Positions 13,892-27,760 of a DNA stretch of 64,000 nucleotides are shown piece by piece. Every line of letters starts with the position of its first letter. The first letter of the stretch is position 1. This stretch comes from Perna viridis (lineage: Eukaryota), in the NCBI GenBank assembly GCA_037379345.1, contig CM074516.1:13640001-13704000 (forward strand). Direction: 5' to 3'. The translations under genes and the position numbers were made by a program. The notes below the pieces were generated by a model that was not told where the DNA came from, ran no database searches, and saw only the letters and a program-made list of their open reading frames with translations.

Positions 13892-16800
13892 CACATTTTA
13901 ATGATTCTTACATGGAGTAATATTTAATAATAGATCAAACTAATTAAGAATAATTATTTCAAATAAATGATTCAATATTTAGGAATAGTAACGTTAAAGT
14001 AGTCAATGGGCATTGGTGTTTCTGGTGTAAAATCGAATCCTTCCTCGTTTGCACTTTTTAATCTTACACTTTCTACTCATAGATAGGTATGATGAAAAGC
14101 CTTCTGGTGTTTTTGTGAAATCATCTGATTAACTGTAAGCATATCACAACCTAATAAATATTTAACCTTTGTGTCTCCTACTGTTTCATAAAATAATAAG
14201 GAGGAGAGTTGCATCTTATACCTTTGTCATAATGATATAAAATTATTGGGATTTTCTTTTTGGATTCTATGGTATTTCATGCCGATATTTTGTACAAACT
14301 ATAGCATCTGCCACCAAAGTACAATTTACTTAATTGTTATGAGGAGCGGTACTTTGATAATACTTCATTCCTTGTAAATAAGTAAATGGAACCAACACTT
14401 TAAAAGTACTTTAAATATCACTCCAATCATCAAAAATTGTTATTTTCTATATAGTAATCTGTTACACTAACAGTAAAAATAATGGTTTTCCCATGGCTTA
14501 ATAAACCATCTTGAAGAAACACTTCATCTCTCTTGAAATTGTAAATTCGCATACTCCTATTAAAGCTCTTGAAATGAAATTGTATTAGCTAGTAAGTAGG
14601 TGAAGAAGTGCTGGTAAGTTTCATTTTAAATTTTATATTCATGTTTTGTTAAATAATACTTCGGCTAAGTACTAAAAATTCCCAAAAAAAATTGTTGGCC
14701 TAAAATTAGTGATTCAGAGTGTATTTACGTAGAGCGTCATGTTTTTCGTCGTAGGCTTTTGTTACTTTTCAATTTATCTGGTCGGTGTGTCATCACTTGG
14801 CGCTCATCCTCCGTATGAATTGTCGTCTGCACAAAGATCCAAAAACAATTAAATACCAAATTACGAATTATATATACATTGCAAAATGCAATATGCTATA
14901 CTCGTGTTTGAATGAGTAATTGATTACTTCACATCATGCAGCTACTAAAGTCTTTATAAGGTAAAAAAAATCTAACGACTCTTTGAAAGGGAGGCAAAAA
15001 GTGACCTCCATTGCATTTATTATCTTGTGTCTTGAAAATCATAATAGACAGGAAGAAACAATCAACTGATAAATGGTCCTAATTAAGGTATTTAAAATTC
15101 TCCTTGTGTTCAAGGTCTCACCAACCACTTCTATCCTTTCCATTACTTTACATGTTAAAAAGGTAGTTTTCAAAGTTTCAGTTTGACTTCCCAGGGCAAA
15201 TGACATCTTAATGCTGCATACCACTGCGAAGCTTGGAAAATAACGCCTTCAAAATCTACGACGATTGTAGAAAATTTTCAGAAAATTGACTTGAATAAAT
15301 AATACTGAAAATCCATATTTTTACCAACTGACAGTATGGAAGCAAATTACTCACTCGTTTACAATATTCATACACTTTTGTAGTAAATTACAGATATAAT
15401 TGAAAGAACACATCCATCCTCTGCTTTATTTTATATACTTTTGATCAACATACACACACATTATGCTCTTCCATTGCATAGATTTAGGGTCAGTGTGTTT
15501 TTGACACAGCATAGGAGTTGGCCATTTGACCCGGAAGTGGTTAGTGAGACATGGAGACTATTTAGAGTTATTTACCTTTAAATCGTTGTCTTCGTTCCCT
15601 GTGTTGGATAGGGCTAAAAAATTATATTTTCTTGGATAAATTATCGGTGCTGGATTTGGCTCCGTATTAGATATTTTTGGTTTAAAGTACTTCCGGTATA
15701 ATCGTTAATTTCCTTCGTATTTTGTTCTAATATCGCTGATGAGAGATTACTCTTTGAAGCAAATGTACAGCATACGGAAATATCTATATGATTGAGATAG
15801 TTGTACCTCGACAGATGAACGATAGTTATCGTTGTAGTTGTAAGTTAAGTATATTTTGAAAAATAGAAACTTGTATTGGTGTTTAACATAGCAAAAAGTG
15901 TAAGGACGGGTCTAATTTAATAATGGGATCATTATTCACCTTGAAAAGTATGTCAGTATATTCTGAATAATCTACTTTATAAATAATGTACTATTCTGAG
16001 ACTAATAAGTATTCTCAGGGTGTAGACTTGCTGATGTTAAGTTGTGTATGGGCTATTTGAGAAGATCATCAGAAAATAAATATATTTTCAAGATTGAGAT
16101 GGACATACAATAACAATCTATCGACTCATGGTGATGAATGTTTTAACTGACATCGGTGAATTCACAAGAGAACATCAAAAACGTTTAACACTCATAGCAT
16201 TAGACAAGTTTATTTATCAGTTGAATGCTGAATTCTCCGCTGTATATAAAGTGAAATGATCTTGGGTTAATGCAATTCCAAGGTAATCTAGATGTTGAAA
16301 CTTTTCGAAGCAGCTATATAGTATATGTATATATGTATATCTATTGCGTAACTGTATATGACATATTTATACCTCTGTAATAAGTGCAACGCGATAAAAC
16401 TGTCAACGTTATTGCATTTTAATTCTAATAGGCAAGTTTGAAAACATAAGTCAGTCTCTTGAAAGATTTTTATTACATAATGGTTGATTCATGTGGAATC
16501 AAGTTAATTACGCTTTACCTACCCTTTTGTAAATCTAGGATAGAATTATTATTAAAAAAATGTACTACGACACGTCTGGGAGTACATGTAATCGATACTA
16601 GTCTTTTCCATACTACCAATGTTTTTTCTGTATTGTTCTTTTTCTTTGTTGTTTTGTTGTTTGTTTGTTTGTTTGTTTTGTTTGTTGTTATTTTGTTGTT
16701 GTTTTTGGGTTTTTTTCTGGTTTTGTCGCTTTATTTTATTCTTCGAGTATATTACAAGTTTCCTGTATTTAGTGTTATCTGTGATGACTTCAACATCTGT

Positions 16801-18959
16801 GCTTTTATGTCAATAAAGATATCAACTAAAATATTTAAAAGAGTTCAGCGGGTTTTTTTTCGTATCACACATGCACATGTCATAAAAACCCAAAGACACC
16901 CACATTTATTCGATGTTATATATTGGTCAATTCAGCGTTATGGTATGTGATATGGGAAAATCCATATAATATGTTGAAACCTATTAAACCGTTAGTCATG
17001 TGACATTGTTATGGATTTTCGTCTGTTTTTCTTCGGTTACAGACGAATTAAATTTAGCTTATACCACTAATGTAGAAAACCTCTATGCTTTACAAGTGTA
17101 TTGTAATTCTTTCAATTCTAATCACAAAAAAATGAAAATACATTTCAACTTTTCATAATGACCCTCATTCAGTGAAATCGACATTGCAAAAGGCGGCATT
17201 CAATCGAATACGTGACACAGTTGTCCATTTCAATATTCAAAGTAAACAAAGGCTACTATTTGCCATTTTTCTTTTTCAAATTCATGTTCTAAATATTCGA
17301 TGTCGAAAATCAAAAAGAAAAACAGAACAAAAATCCGTTTCATACCCTTTCAATTGGCTCAATATTGTATGATGAGCCGATGGCTGATAGGTTTATTTAC
17401 GATACTGAGAATATAAACTAGTAGATGAAATTGTGTGTCACCGCAGAGGCTGTATACAATGAACAACTAATTATAATGCACGCAAAATATTACGACATGT
17501 ATATGAATTAGACCGGAATGTTTATAGCGTATTTTTTAAGAATCAGTCGTAACGGTTATAAAAATCAGACAGGAGGTGATTCATGTATATCAAAAACCTA
17601 CCAAATTCACTTTTTTTGTTCAGAATCGGCCACAAACCATATAACCAGTCATAGTTTTTCATCTGGTTATTGCACTGTTAATATAAACGTCATATAAAAT
17701 GTGTATGAAATTCACACATTGCAAGAGTTATTGTCCTTGATTTGGTTGATATGTGTGGGAGGTTAATGAATGTTTTTTTTTCTCAAAAAACGCAGATTTG
17801 AATACGGAGAGGCCCATCGAAACGTGAAAATATAGCATACGTGCACATGTATGTAGACCGGAAAAAGATTGTAAGTTCGGTAGATTTTTCTAAACCACAA
17901 ATTACCTCTACCATAGACATACCAATTTATATGGACCGGCACTTAACTCCTATATGTTGTTGTTTCAGTGTTTTATTATTATCGTCAAGGGTGGTCTTTT
18001 ATAGTAGACTACTATTAAAATCCTGGGGGTAGAGAACTGCGTGCTGAATAATACCCTATGACATGACGGCCAGTCGCAAAATCAAAATACCACCGAAGTA
18101 ATTAAAGTGATGTAAACACAAACCTTTCGATTAAAATCCTTTATTCCAAAATTGTATTATGCGTCTAGTCAGACATTTATACTGGGGTATAAATTGCATT
18201 ATCTTCAAAATTGAAATGATTACGCATTTTTGTGGCGTCTTACTATGGTTTAATTGTATATCACAAATTAATATGCAGTGATGCATCAGATCCTTTATGG
18301 GTATTCGAAATTAATATCAACTTAATGAAATAAATAGTATAGAAAAGATGCCGGTTTAACTTATCAAAAAACTGTTATAAGTATCAAGTCAAGAAATGTA
18401 TAACTGTGCTGGTGAAACTGCTAACTTGATGACCTTTGGTCTTGACATTTTTTAAACTACTTATGGAATCAATATTTAATACATTGAGGCAGAAAGAATT
18501 CATATGTGATTTTTACGAAAATTAATTTAGAGCAAAAACTAAGACATTAAAAAATCGGCAATTGATTGGGTGTGCGTATGCATCTTATATTAATCTGGTT
18601 CCCTGGTCAATATCATAAGCGACCCTAGGATCGCTAAAATATAGACTCAGGTCACCATCGACGGATATGCAAAATAAATGGGTAAATTGCTGCTTATGAA
18701 ATAAAATAAAAACAAAGATGAGACTATCTGAATTAACTTTATAATTGCGCATTTATATCAAAAGATGATATAAGTAATTTGGAAAAAAATATTTTAACGT
18801 ATTTTCCTTAAATTTGAATATTGGAACGTATAAAAGTAAATAAAATAACGTCATATTCGCTCAGCCAATCAATAGACAGAGGACGTCATTGGGTTACATT
18901 TGAGAGAAACTTGTGGAACGAAAATATTACCCGGGTTTCCAGGTTACACCTTAAATGTG

Positions 18960-19468
18960 TTTGCTTGTTTGTTGGGGTTTAACGTCCGAGCAGCAATATT
19001 TCAGCTATATTCAGACGATGAACATGAAATTGATGATAAAATGAACATGAAATCATGATGAAATGAAAAAAAGATGGGACACAAGGACAATGGGGTCGAC
19101 AAATTTTGATTGCCACTGGAAATAGGGAGAGGTGGGTACGGTCGGGCAATTTAGCCTCCTGTGGCGGAGCACTATGGTTCCTACTCCGGGAGAATACCAC
19201 AGTAGGGTTCTTTAACGTGCGAGGAACGTGGCATCTTTCCCAACACGGTGCACCACTATGGTTTGCGGTCAGGTTTTCAGCCTGACAACCCCAGCATGTA
19301 ACACGCCAGGGGTACCCCATTCAACCACCTGGGGCACACATCCCAGTTACTCTGGGGGCAGAGCGCCCTAGCCCCCGGCTAGGGTTCTGAGCACTATTTA
19401 GTCGCCTTTTACGACAAGCTTAGCGCTGCTGCAAGCCTATTCTTTTAACACCCGGACCTGCACGGGTG
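18960..19468 (-). mobile_element. SINE-like retroposon, family K copy 1 (pseudoknot head, Nin/Deu-like middle motif, AAAC tail)
   Basis: 11-bp TSD CCTTAAATGTG (18949-18959 / 19469-19479); highly similar to 50412-50960; minus-strand 3' end GGACGTTAAACCCCAACAAAC... Confidence 0.92.
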
Positions 19469-20595
19469 CCTTAAATGTGCCTTTTTTCATAAAACTGCTA
19501 CATGAACATACAATTGCAGAAAGTATACTATATGTAAAGAACTGTATTTACGTTGTAATAAAGTCATATTCAGGCGAAAAATTTCAAATTTCAGATTAAT
19601 ATTTTTTTTTTTATAAATCGTAGTGTAAATCGGGATCTTTAAATGGAAAAGGGGAAATATATTGTGGTCAGTGAATAGGGTAAATGGAAGTTTACACCAT
19701 AATGAGGTTGTATCTGATAATATGATGAATGTGAAACCTTTTAACGCTCCCGAAGAAACATTAATTAAAAACAACTTTGATAATTTTGTCAGCTCTCTCC
19801 CCAGATTTGATATATTATATTTATAACCTTCAAATGTGGTAATTTTTGCACTTATATGTCCTAGCGTATTATACTTATTGTCATAGTCTGATATGTCTAT
19901 TGGCAGAAATGTCCGGCATTCATAAGGACTTATTGATTTTCATGGTCCGAAATGTCTTTGGGTCGCATTGTCCGGCACGGATAAACATTATGGTTCTTGT
20001 AATTTAAAATAGTTCTTTTATTCAACTTAGTTTTGCTTCATTCTGTGTCGATTTATATCGTTTAATTATGTTTTTATTATGATTTGATTTATTTTATCGT
20101 ATTGATTCGTTTCGATTCTTTCTTTTATCGATTACTTTCGTTTCGTTTTCGTTTCGCGATTTTTATGACCCGAGAATTATGGGTAATATTGACTACGTAA
20201 TTTTCGTAAACATCCGGGCGCCATACTGCAGACTATAAGGTCAACCCTATCTTGGAAAAGCTATGATTCGATTTGTATTTAATTATTGAAACTAGCAAAT
20301 ATTTTCCGAGACTGGTTTGGCTCTCAATCGCACATATACAAGTATACGCAAATGAAGCTGCCATTATGCTGTTTTTGAGCTCCTGAAAATGCAGGAACAA
20401 ACCGGATATTGATGCTTTTTCTTGCCATAAGTATATGGAACCAAGTTGATAATACAACCATAAACGCTCCCTTCGGGAGCGTATTAAACAATTGTCTCAA
20501 TAATCCAATTGCAAATTTGTGGTTATTTTAATTATTAGTCATAATTTGAGTTTTTTTAACTAAACAGCTAAAGGAAAGTATTGCTATTGTCGGAA

Positions 20596-20940
20596 AGAGT
20601 AATCAAGGAAACCAAGATTCTAGCGGTAATCAAAAGGATGTAATCCAGGGACAAAGATCAGACATGGAAAACAGACATACACAACAAAGAACAAAAAGTA
20701 ACTAAAATAATACGTACAAAGTAACAAAAGCAACTGGGCAACTCGGACTCCACTAAAAACTGGGGAGCATGGACCAGGTGCACCGGTAGGGTAAGCGTCC
20801 TCCGCTTTTCTAGAAACACCAGCCAAGTTGTTTATAAAAAGTCAAGTCCGGGGTAGACGAAAGAGGAAAGGAAGACTATGACAATCAATGTTCATGGTGC
20901 TGATGGATACACCGACAAACTGCATGGGTCCTTGATTTCA
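20596..20940 (-). mobile_element. Family R repeat, long copy
   Basis: Colinear with 4372-4720. Confidence 0.9.
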
Positions 20941-22741
20941 TTTTTAATACAAGAGTTAAGAATGACAGTCCAAATATTCGAAAACTCAAGATTTGAGATT
21001 GTTGTCAAACATTTATCTGGTTTGTAACAGTTTTATACAAAAGTTTGTTCTTTTTAAATAGCACATGACACTGTTAGTCAAATCGGATTGCTATATGAGT
21101 ATATATCATATATAGATAACAGTGATTTACCGAATGTTTCCACAGTAAAAAAATCACAATGGAAAATAAATTAGGTATAATTTCACTCTAGCACTTTCTC
21201 CCGCCGGAACGTCACAACACGAACATCAGTCCGCCGTTCAGAATTTTTTTAATTTATGTTGAAAATAGCAACGAATAATGGAGAAAACCTATATAATAAA
21301 TAGGATAATCAATTGTTTGTAGTGAATAATCCGCATATAATCACTCGTGCCAAGAACGCATTAAAATTTAACTCGTGCGCAGAACAATTTCCGCACTCTC
21401 GTTAAATCTAGGCGTACTTCGGCACTTGTATTTTGGTTATTTACTCTTTCCAATTAATTATCTTATTAGTATTTTGAATTGTAAATAGATTCAGCGGAAA
21501 CTACTCGTGTTAACATGGTTTCATAGAGCACAAGTACATGTTGGTTATAGAAGACTATAGTAACATATGGTTTAGGTTGAAAATGTTACTTCCTGTTTGC
21601 ACGACAATAAGAAACAAGATAGTTCACGCTACATCATACTAAGAAGTCTCCCTCCAAACCATTCCTGTTAAATTTGGTAAAGAGAGATACAGTACTACGC
21701 ATCATGAAAAAAACGATATACTGGATATCTAAGCATACCCTTCAATATCTGTTACGAAAATTCACATTATGCATAACCTTAAAAAAGTCGTGTGACACAT
21801 TTTCTATGACAGCCCGAATGTCATGCAAGTGAACTATATACTTTTATTTCAATTTTTCTTTTCCTCTATAGAATTTTTGCTACAATCATCTGTACAGCAT
21901 TTCTATGGTTTTAAACTAAATTGGAAGTATTTTACTGACAGTGCTATCCTCAAGAGGGAATAAAAGCGGAGATCCATTTATATAGCGTCATTGCAATAGA
22001 CAAGTTTATTTATAAGTGAAAAATTAAATTCTCTGTTGTAAAGTTAGGTTATAGAACTGCTGCTAAATATAATATAATTTCATATTGTCAAATATTGCAA
22101 TTAATGCTAGGCAGGCCGCAATTAAAAAGGTATTATTTCGTTGATTAATGCTGTGATCTTACCCGATTATGCAATTGATGACGTCATGGTAATTCGACAT
22201 ACGCATCTTGGGTAACACAACTTTATATAATTCACTATATTGTACACTATTCAGGGATAATTTTGCGGAATTCATAATCATCAGAATCAGCCAATATTTG
22301 TTCATACAGTCGCAGAACTCTCATTGTCACGTCATTCAAATGTAATTAACGCATGTTTGTAAGGAGCATACCGACTTTGTACGTGGTGTGCATCCAAGTG
22401 TAACGTTATTTTACTACTTTTTTTTTATTTAGCATGCATTTATGTATGCTATGACATGGTAGTAAACGGTGATGATAGTGTTATCGGTGACGACGAGAGG
22501 TTATTTTTGATAAAGATGGTTTGTATGTGATTTACATTTATGTAATGCATTGTCGAACATGTATTTTTAATGCAATTTAAAGGAATTTAAAGTATTAAAA
22601 TCGGCATTTTAATCTTCACTTTGCAGATTTTAATTCGTTTCGAATATTCGTTGCATCCGAACTGTTTCTAATACATACGGGTTTGAATGCTGCCAACTTC
22701 CAACAATTACGAACTGTACGTGATATTAAATTGTTGTTGAT

Positions 22742-22962
22742 TTAAGGAGGCAGACATAGGTTAAGGGACACAACTCATTACAAATCATTGGAACGTTTGT
22801 ACTCTGCATTTTACATCAATGTAATGTAAGCATCAAAGTAACTTGGATTGATTTCAATCTATTTCAAATGAAAGCTTTATAGGCTTTGTTGAAATTGAAT
22901 AAGATACAAACATATCTCTGATTTCATGAGTTATGTCCCTTCCCCTAGGTCTACCTCCTTAA
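22742..22962. mobile_element. TTAA-flanked MITE (Kolobok-like, non-autonomous), copy 1
   Basis: TTAA-GGAGGCAGAC...GTCTACCTCC-TTAA terminal inverted repeats; two further full copies in the window. Confidence 0.88.
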
Positions 22963-24294
22963 CTGTTCCATTTACAAGTAACTATTTTATTTTTTGTTTC
23001 CATCAAGTCATGCATTACACGATGTATGTAAAAATTTGAATGATAAGCATGGTCGTATATCAACTGTAAATGTCTTCGATGATATATTTTGCACTTACTA
23101 GTCTGGACGATTCATTCAAAGTCTTTACCTCGATAGCAAAAATATAGAAAGAAATGACATTTTTATACCCCATTGCAGTTACTATCACGCAATAAAGATA
23201 TCAAGAACACTACATTCGGGTGCAATATTTACATGCTAACAAAATCTGACGATATATAAATGTCTCCTAAAATGTGTATTTAAGATCTAGACCTGCACGT
23301 AATAGTTAACAGCAATTAATGGATGAATATTGGTCGTAGTAAAATAGTCTATTATTAGTAAAATAGACAGTTTGGGCAAAAGTTAACTTAACAGGCTATC
23401 GTGCAGACTAACATACCTAACTTCTCGCCTTTTTTCGTGGGAGACAAAATAACACATCAAACCTTTCGTATGAATATCAAATATTCAAAATATTAAAATA
23501 TTTGGTTGGGTCCAGTCATCGTGCAGAACGATGTCTGTTTCAAGTCTGCACACCTCATTTCACGCAACAACGCAAGGGTCACGTTTTATTTTTACAGGTT
23601 ATATGAATATATTTTTGTCTAAGATTGTCAATTGATTTAAAACCTTGTCACTGTTTATGCAATACTCATAATAATTTTGTGTGTGCCACTCCCTTCCATA
23701 AAACATGCATTAGAAATCGCTAAAACTGCTCTAAATCGATTGTATATGAGGATAAGTTCAAATAAGGCACATCGTAAGCACAAATTGATATAAGTTTGTT
23801 GCTTCAGCCCGATCAAAGCGGGACTAAACAAGTTAAGATAAAAAGTTACGAAACTACAAGCGTCAAAAAAATTAATTTTGTAGTAAAATTGCCTGTCCCA
23901 GTGGACAAACTGGCGATCTATCTTCCAGTTACAGTTCTGTAATTCCGTCCAATAATAGATTTAAAGGGAAAAATGTCATTCAAATTTGTCTTGTAGACAA
24001 TTGGGACTTTAAATCACACTTAACAAAGAAACAATTACAAACTTCTGGTTGTAAATTGGTTCCATAATGAAGCCAGTTAGGCTGTATATTAGTTTGCAAA
24101 TCGAAGCAGACGAGTGACATAAACGTCTAAACTACCAAGGGACGCTCCAAAATTATGTGATTACGAAACTGTGGAACATCTTCCGCTTGGATACTTAAAA
24201 AAAGTAGCTCAAATACAATCTCGTTCATTGTAAAAAATGTACTATTTTTTTTTCTTTTGCAACCAAGCAGTATTTTGTTGCATTTTATTTAGTG

Positions 24295-24615
24295 TCTATA
24301 AAGGCGGATCCAGAGATGTATAAATGAGTTAGGGTACGTACATGTACATGTACGTGTCTATAGGGGCGGATCAAGAGATGTGTATATGAGTCATGGTACG
24401 TACATGTACATTTCTATAGGGACGGATCAAGAGATGTGTAAATGAGTCATGGTACGTACATGTACATTTCTATCGGGACGGATCCAGAGATGTATAAATG
24501 AGTTATGGTACGTACATGTACGTATCTATAGGGGCGGAAACAGAGATGTATAAATGAGTTATGATACGTACATGTTAATATCTATAGGGGGGATACAGAG
24601 ATGTATGAATGAGTT
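24295..24615. repeat. Minisatellite, ~56-bp unit, ~6 copies
   Basis: TCTATAGGGGCGGATC(C/A)AGAGATGT(A/G)TAAATGAGT(T/C)ATGGTACGTACATGTAC repeated head to tail. Confidence 0.92.
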
Positions 24616-26307
24616 CAATCAAGAAATGTAATTAAGGGGAAAGTTTCGAGGCTATTATTTGTTTATTTTTGTATATACTACACAATTTTCTAACAAGAGG
24701 TGTTTCAAACTCCAGGATTGGACGCCTACGTATAAGGAGAATGGATATGGTGAATATGTCTGTGAGACAACCTCATCTGGGTGAAAAATGTTAGTATGTA
24801 TATACTGGAATCACATTATAGCTCCTTGAATTTGAGAATCCATCTGAAATTACTGTTGGTTTGATATTACTAAAAAAACATAAAACATTTCCTTCAGCGA
24901 CCAGTTGTTCAAGGTATCAAAGGGCCATCACATCTATTTTGGTCCATTGAATAAGATATATTTTCGCTTTCCGTCCCTTTGTGCTCCCTGTGCAATGGCA
25001 GATCAAGAAATTCCGAAAAGGGAAGTCTTAGGGGCCAATATCGTCATCCCAATTATTTTTTTTTTCGAGCAGTAGGGGCTGGCTTACAGTACGCTGCGTC
25101 ACATTTACCTACTTTTAATGTTGTTTCAATGACATATGATATCGTTACCCCACTTGGGTAGATATTAGTAGGTATTATATCATATCATTGCGCACGCATC
25201 GCTGATTAAGTAGCGTTAATGACCAGGTTGCAATAAACAGTCAAAATTTACATTATTCTTCAAAGCAAGGGTACTTCTTCAGTTTATAGTCTAAACAATA
25301 AATAATGAATGGACAGAATGTCTTTTAACTTGGGTATCCAGTTTTTCTTGTACTATAAATACATATGTACTAAGTCTTGTTCTATTGTCAATCAAGTGCG
25401 TCAGTTTTAGATGGGGAATTAGTACACGTAGATAAATGTTCTATTTTGTGCTTTTGTTTGCTCTCAATAAACAAAATATTGTTGCTGAATACATCGTGAA
25501 TATGTTTCCATATTGAAACGATTTATCAACTTCCTGTCACCTTAATCACAGGTAAGGTATATGTAATTATTGGTATATAGAAACTTATATCATTTAATTA
25601 GTATGTTACATTTAGAAACTTTTCATGGTTTTGACATGATACTTATTTTCAAAAAGGGCAACTTAAAGAACTATTGAAAAAAAGAAAATTACATTTATTT
25701 TCCAATTTGTCCCTTAAGAAATGAATTTCCCATCTCTTACAGACAGGTGACAAATTTTGCGAACTCTTTTTCAATGACGCTTAAAGTTTCAAATAAGCAC
25801 AATTTATAAACATACTAGCTCTACCCTTTGAAGGAGAATATAAAAAAAATTGTCTTAACCAGCTCTAGTTTGAAGTCAAAATAAGTAAGTTTCATCCAAC
25901 ATCAAGCAATTTTAACGACACATCCTTTATTGTTAATGATTCAGCTTGACAAATAAACGCACCTTTATGTAATGTGAACTTAACAAGTTATAGCTTGAAG
26001 ATTGCGTTTAGTAGTATAAACGATCGGTTAATTGATTCAGCTGCTAACCATCTTTAAATACGGAGTCAATATAATGAAGTTTTTTAACTGGGCATTTCAC
26101 TGCACAACATTAAACTGCGATGTAAACATATGAAAGCTACGGCGTTCCATATTAATTACCTGAAATGAAGATGGGACATTGCCTATCATAAATCGCTATT
26201 CTAGTACTTGGTGAGAAGGTCTCATCATGTTGGCTTTTTTATTTTGTGATCCTATGAGATTGCAGGGGAATGTGGTATATGACGTGTCATGTACAGTTGA
26301 GATCAGT

Positions 26308-26778
26308 TCTAATCTCTAAGGTGAACCATCAGAAGAGCCGGCTATAGGACAGTTCTAAAAGTGATATAGAACAGTTCTGGAGCCAACTCTTCTCACAGTT
26401 CTACTACCGGAACCGGCTCTATGAGAACAGTTATATACTACTAGAGCCAACTCTTCTCACAGTTCTACTACCGGAACTGGCTCTATGAGAACAGTTATAT
26501 ACTACTAGAGCCAGCTCTTCTCACAGTTCTACTACCGGAACTGGCTCTATGAGAACAGTTATATACTACTAGAGCCAGCTCTTCCAACAGTTCTAGTAGA
26601 GCCGGCTCTACACAAACAGTTCTACTAGTAGAGCCAGCTTTATGAAAAAGTACTACTAGATAAGTCAGCTCTATTCGAACTGTCAGAAGAGCTGGCTCTA
26701 GAGCCGTCCCTGAGCTGTTCTATATCTGTCATAGAACTGTTGTTCTGACAGTTCTAGGAGAGTTTTGTGAGAGGTTAA
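26308..26778. mobile_element. MITE-like element carrying an internal 63-bp tandem array
   Basis: About 3 near-perfect AGAGCCAACTCTTCTCACAGTTCTACTACCGGAAC...TACTACT units (26381-26585); both ends match 31015-31250 in reverse orientation. Confidence 0.75.
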
Positions 26779-27580
26779 AACTGATCACACATGTAGTAAC
26801 TATGATAGTTCGAAACATGTACATGTACTGTTAACCCCGCTCACTTAGATAACATCGGAGAGTTGGACACACCTCTTTGATCAATACTAGGGGTAATAAA
26901 ACTAACGATAAAGTTTATTTAATATCAGCAAACAATCTTATTGGTTAAAAATCATTAATATGCGTTAAATTGTGAAGAAGGCATCGCCACATGATAATGC
27001 CAGGGCATCACCTTACGATAATGCTCCCTTCAGATTCTTCGATGGTCTTTACCTTTACAGTCAATATATTTGCTTTTGTAGAAGAAACCTACAATGACTG
27101 TCCAAATATAGGGACGTGATATTTTCTTTCAACATTGATAATGCCCTCGCCCTCGGTTTGAAGCATTCGTGTCCCTCGAGCAGTCAATTTATTCTGATAA
27201 TGCCCTCCACATAAGAAACTATTGTAAAAATAAAAGCAGTGATTTATGCTCAGTGGTAACAAATTACCATACCCATTCATTTTATCTCGACTTTAAGTGC
27301 GAATCTATTTCTGTCCAAGTATTCAATCAGATGGAGACATAAGTCATTAACAAATTATCAACAGTGTCATTAGAACAGTATCTACATCATTGCTAAGTTA
27401 TTTGATCAGTATCTCCATAATCGCCATTTTGTGGCAAATTTAGACAGGTTCATGTATACTGTAGTACAATGTACATGCATAGAGTAATGAGATGGCAATT
27501 TCTGTTGTGAGTTGCGTACTATAAGAGCAGTGTGTATTTCAGATATTACTAGTATCATTAAAATAATAAAATTCAATTTG

Positions 27581-27760
27581 CAGTGATGGATCCAGAGGGG
27601 GTGAATGTGGTTGGCACCACTTTTGTATTGGAAGATTTGTCATTTTCATGCTAAAATTGACAAAAAAGGTAAATAATTTAAATAATGTCCTAACACCTCA
27701 CCCTTTTTCTGAGGAACCCCGGCTGGCACCCCCTTTTTAAAGTGTCTGGATTCGCCCCAG
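27581..27760. mobile_element. Degenerate hAT-like MITE
   Basis: CAGTGATGGATCCAGA...TCTGGATTCGCCCCAG imperfect TIRs. Confidence 0.6.

Noticed and set aside
15730-15785. CTGATGAGAG..CTCT hammerhead-like start
   Set aside because: No GAAA follows stem II (reads TTTGAAGC) and no stem I/III closure; at most a decayed remnant.
16459-16950. 163-aa hydrophobic ORF
   Set aside because: Hydrophobicity comes from a (GTTT)n low-complexity tract.
18979-19320. 113-aa ORF and its counterparts at 50436-50853
   Set aside because: Lie within family K retroposon copies; the frame is not preserved between copies and no domain is recognisable.
384-20826. Recurring ORFs 'AGVSRKAEDAYPTGAPG' / 'FSGVRVAHLLLLLCMY' (384, 4333, 4364, 8983, 20620)
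   Set aside because: Translations of the family R repeat in inconsistent frames with frameshifts between copies; not a gene family.
25498-25551. LPVTLITG|gt resembling a third signal-peptide exon
   Set aside because: In-frame TGA upstream with no ATG before the donor; kept only as a possible non-coding exon.
24295-26600. Regularly spaced repeats resembling CRISPR arrays
   Set aside because: Units are contiguous with no unique spacers, there are no cas genes, and the context is eukaryotic.
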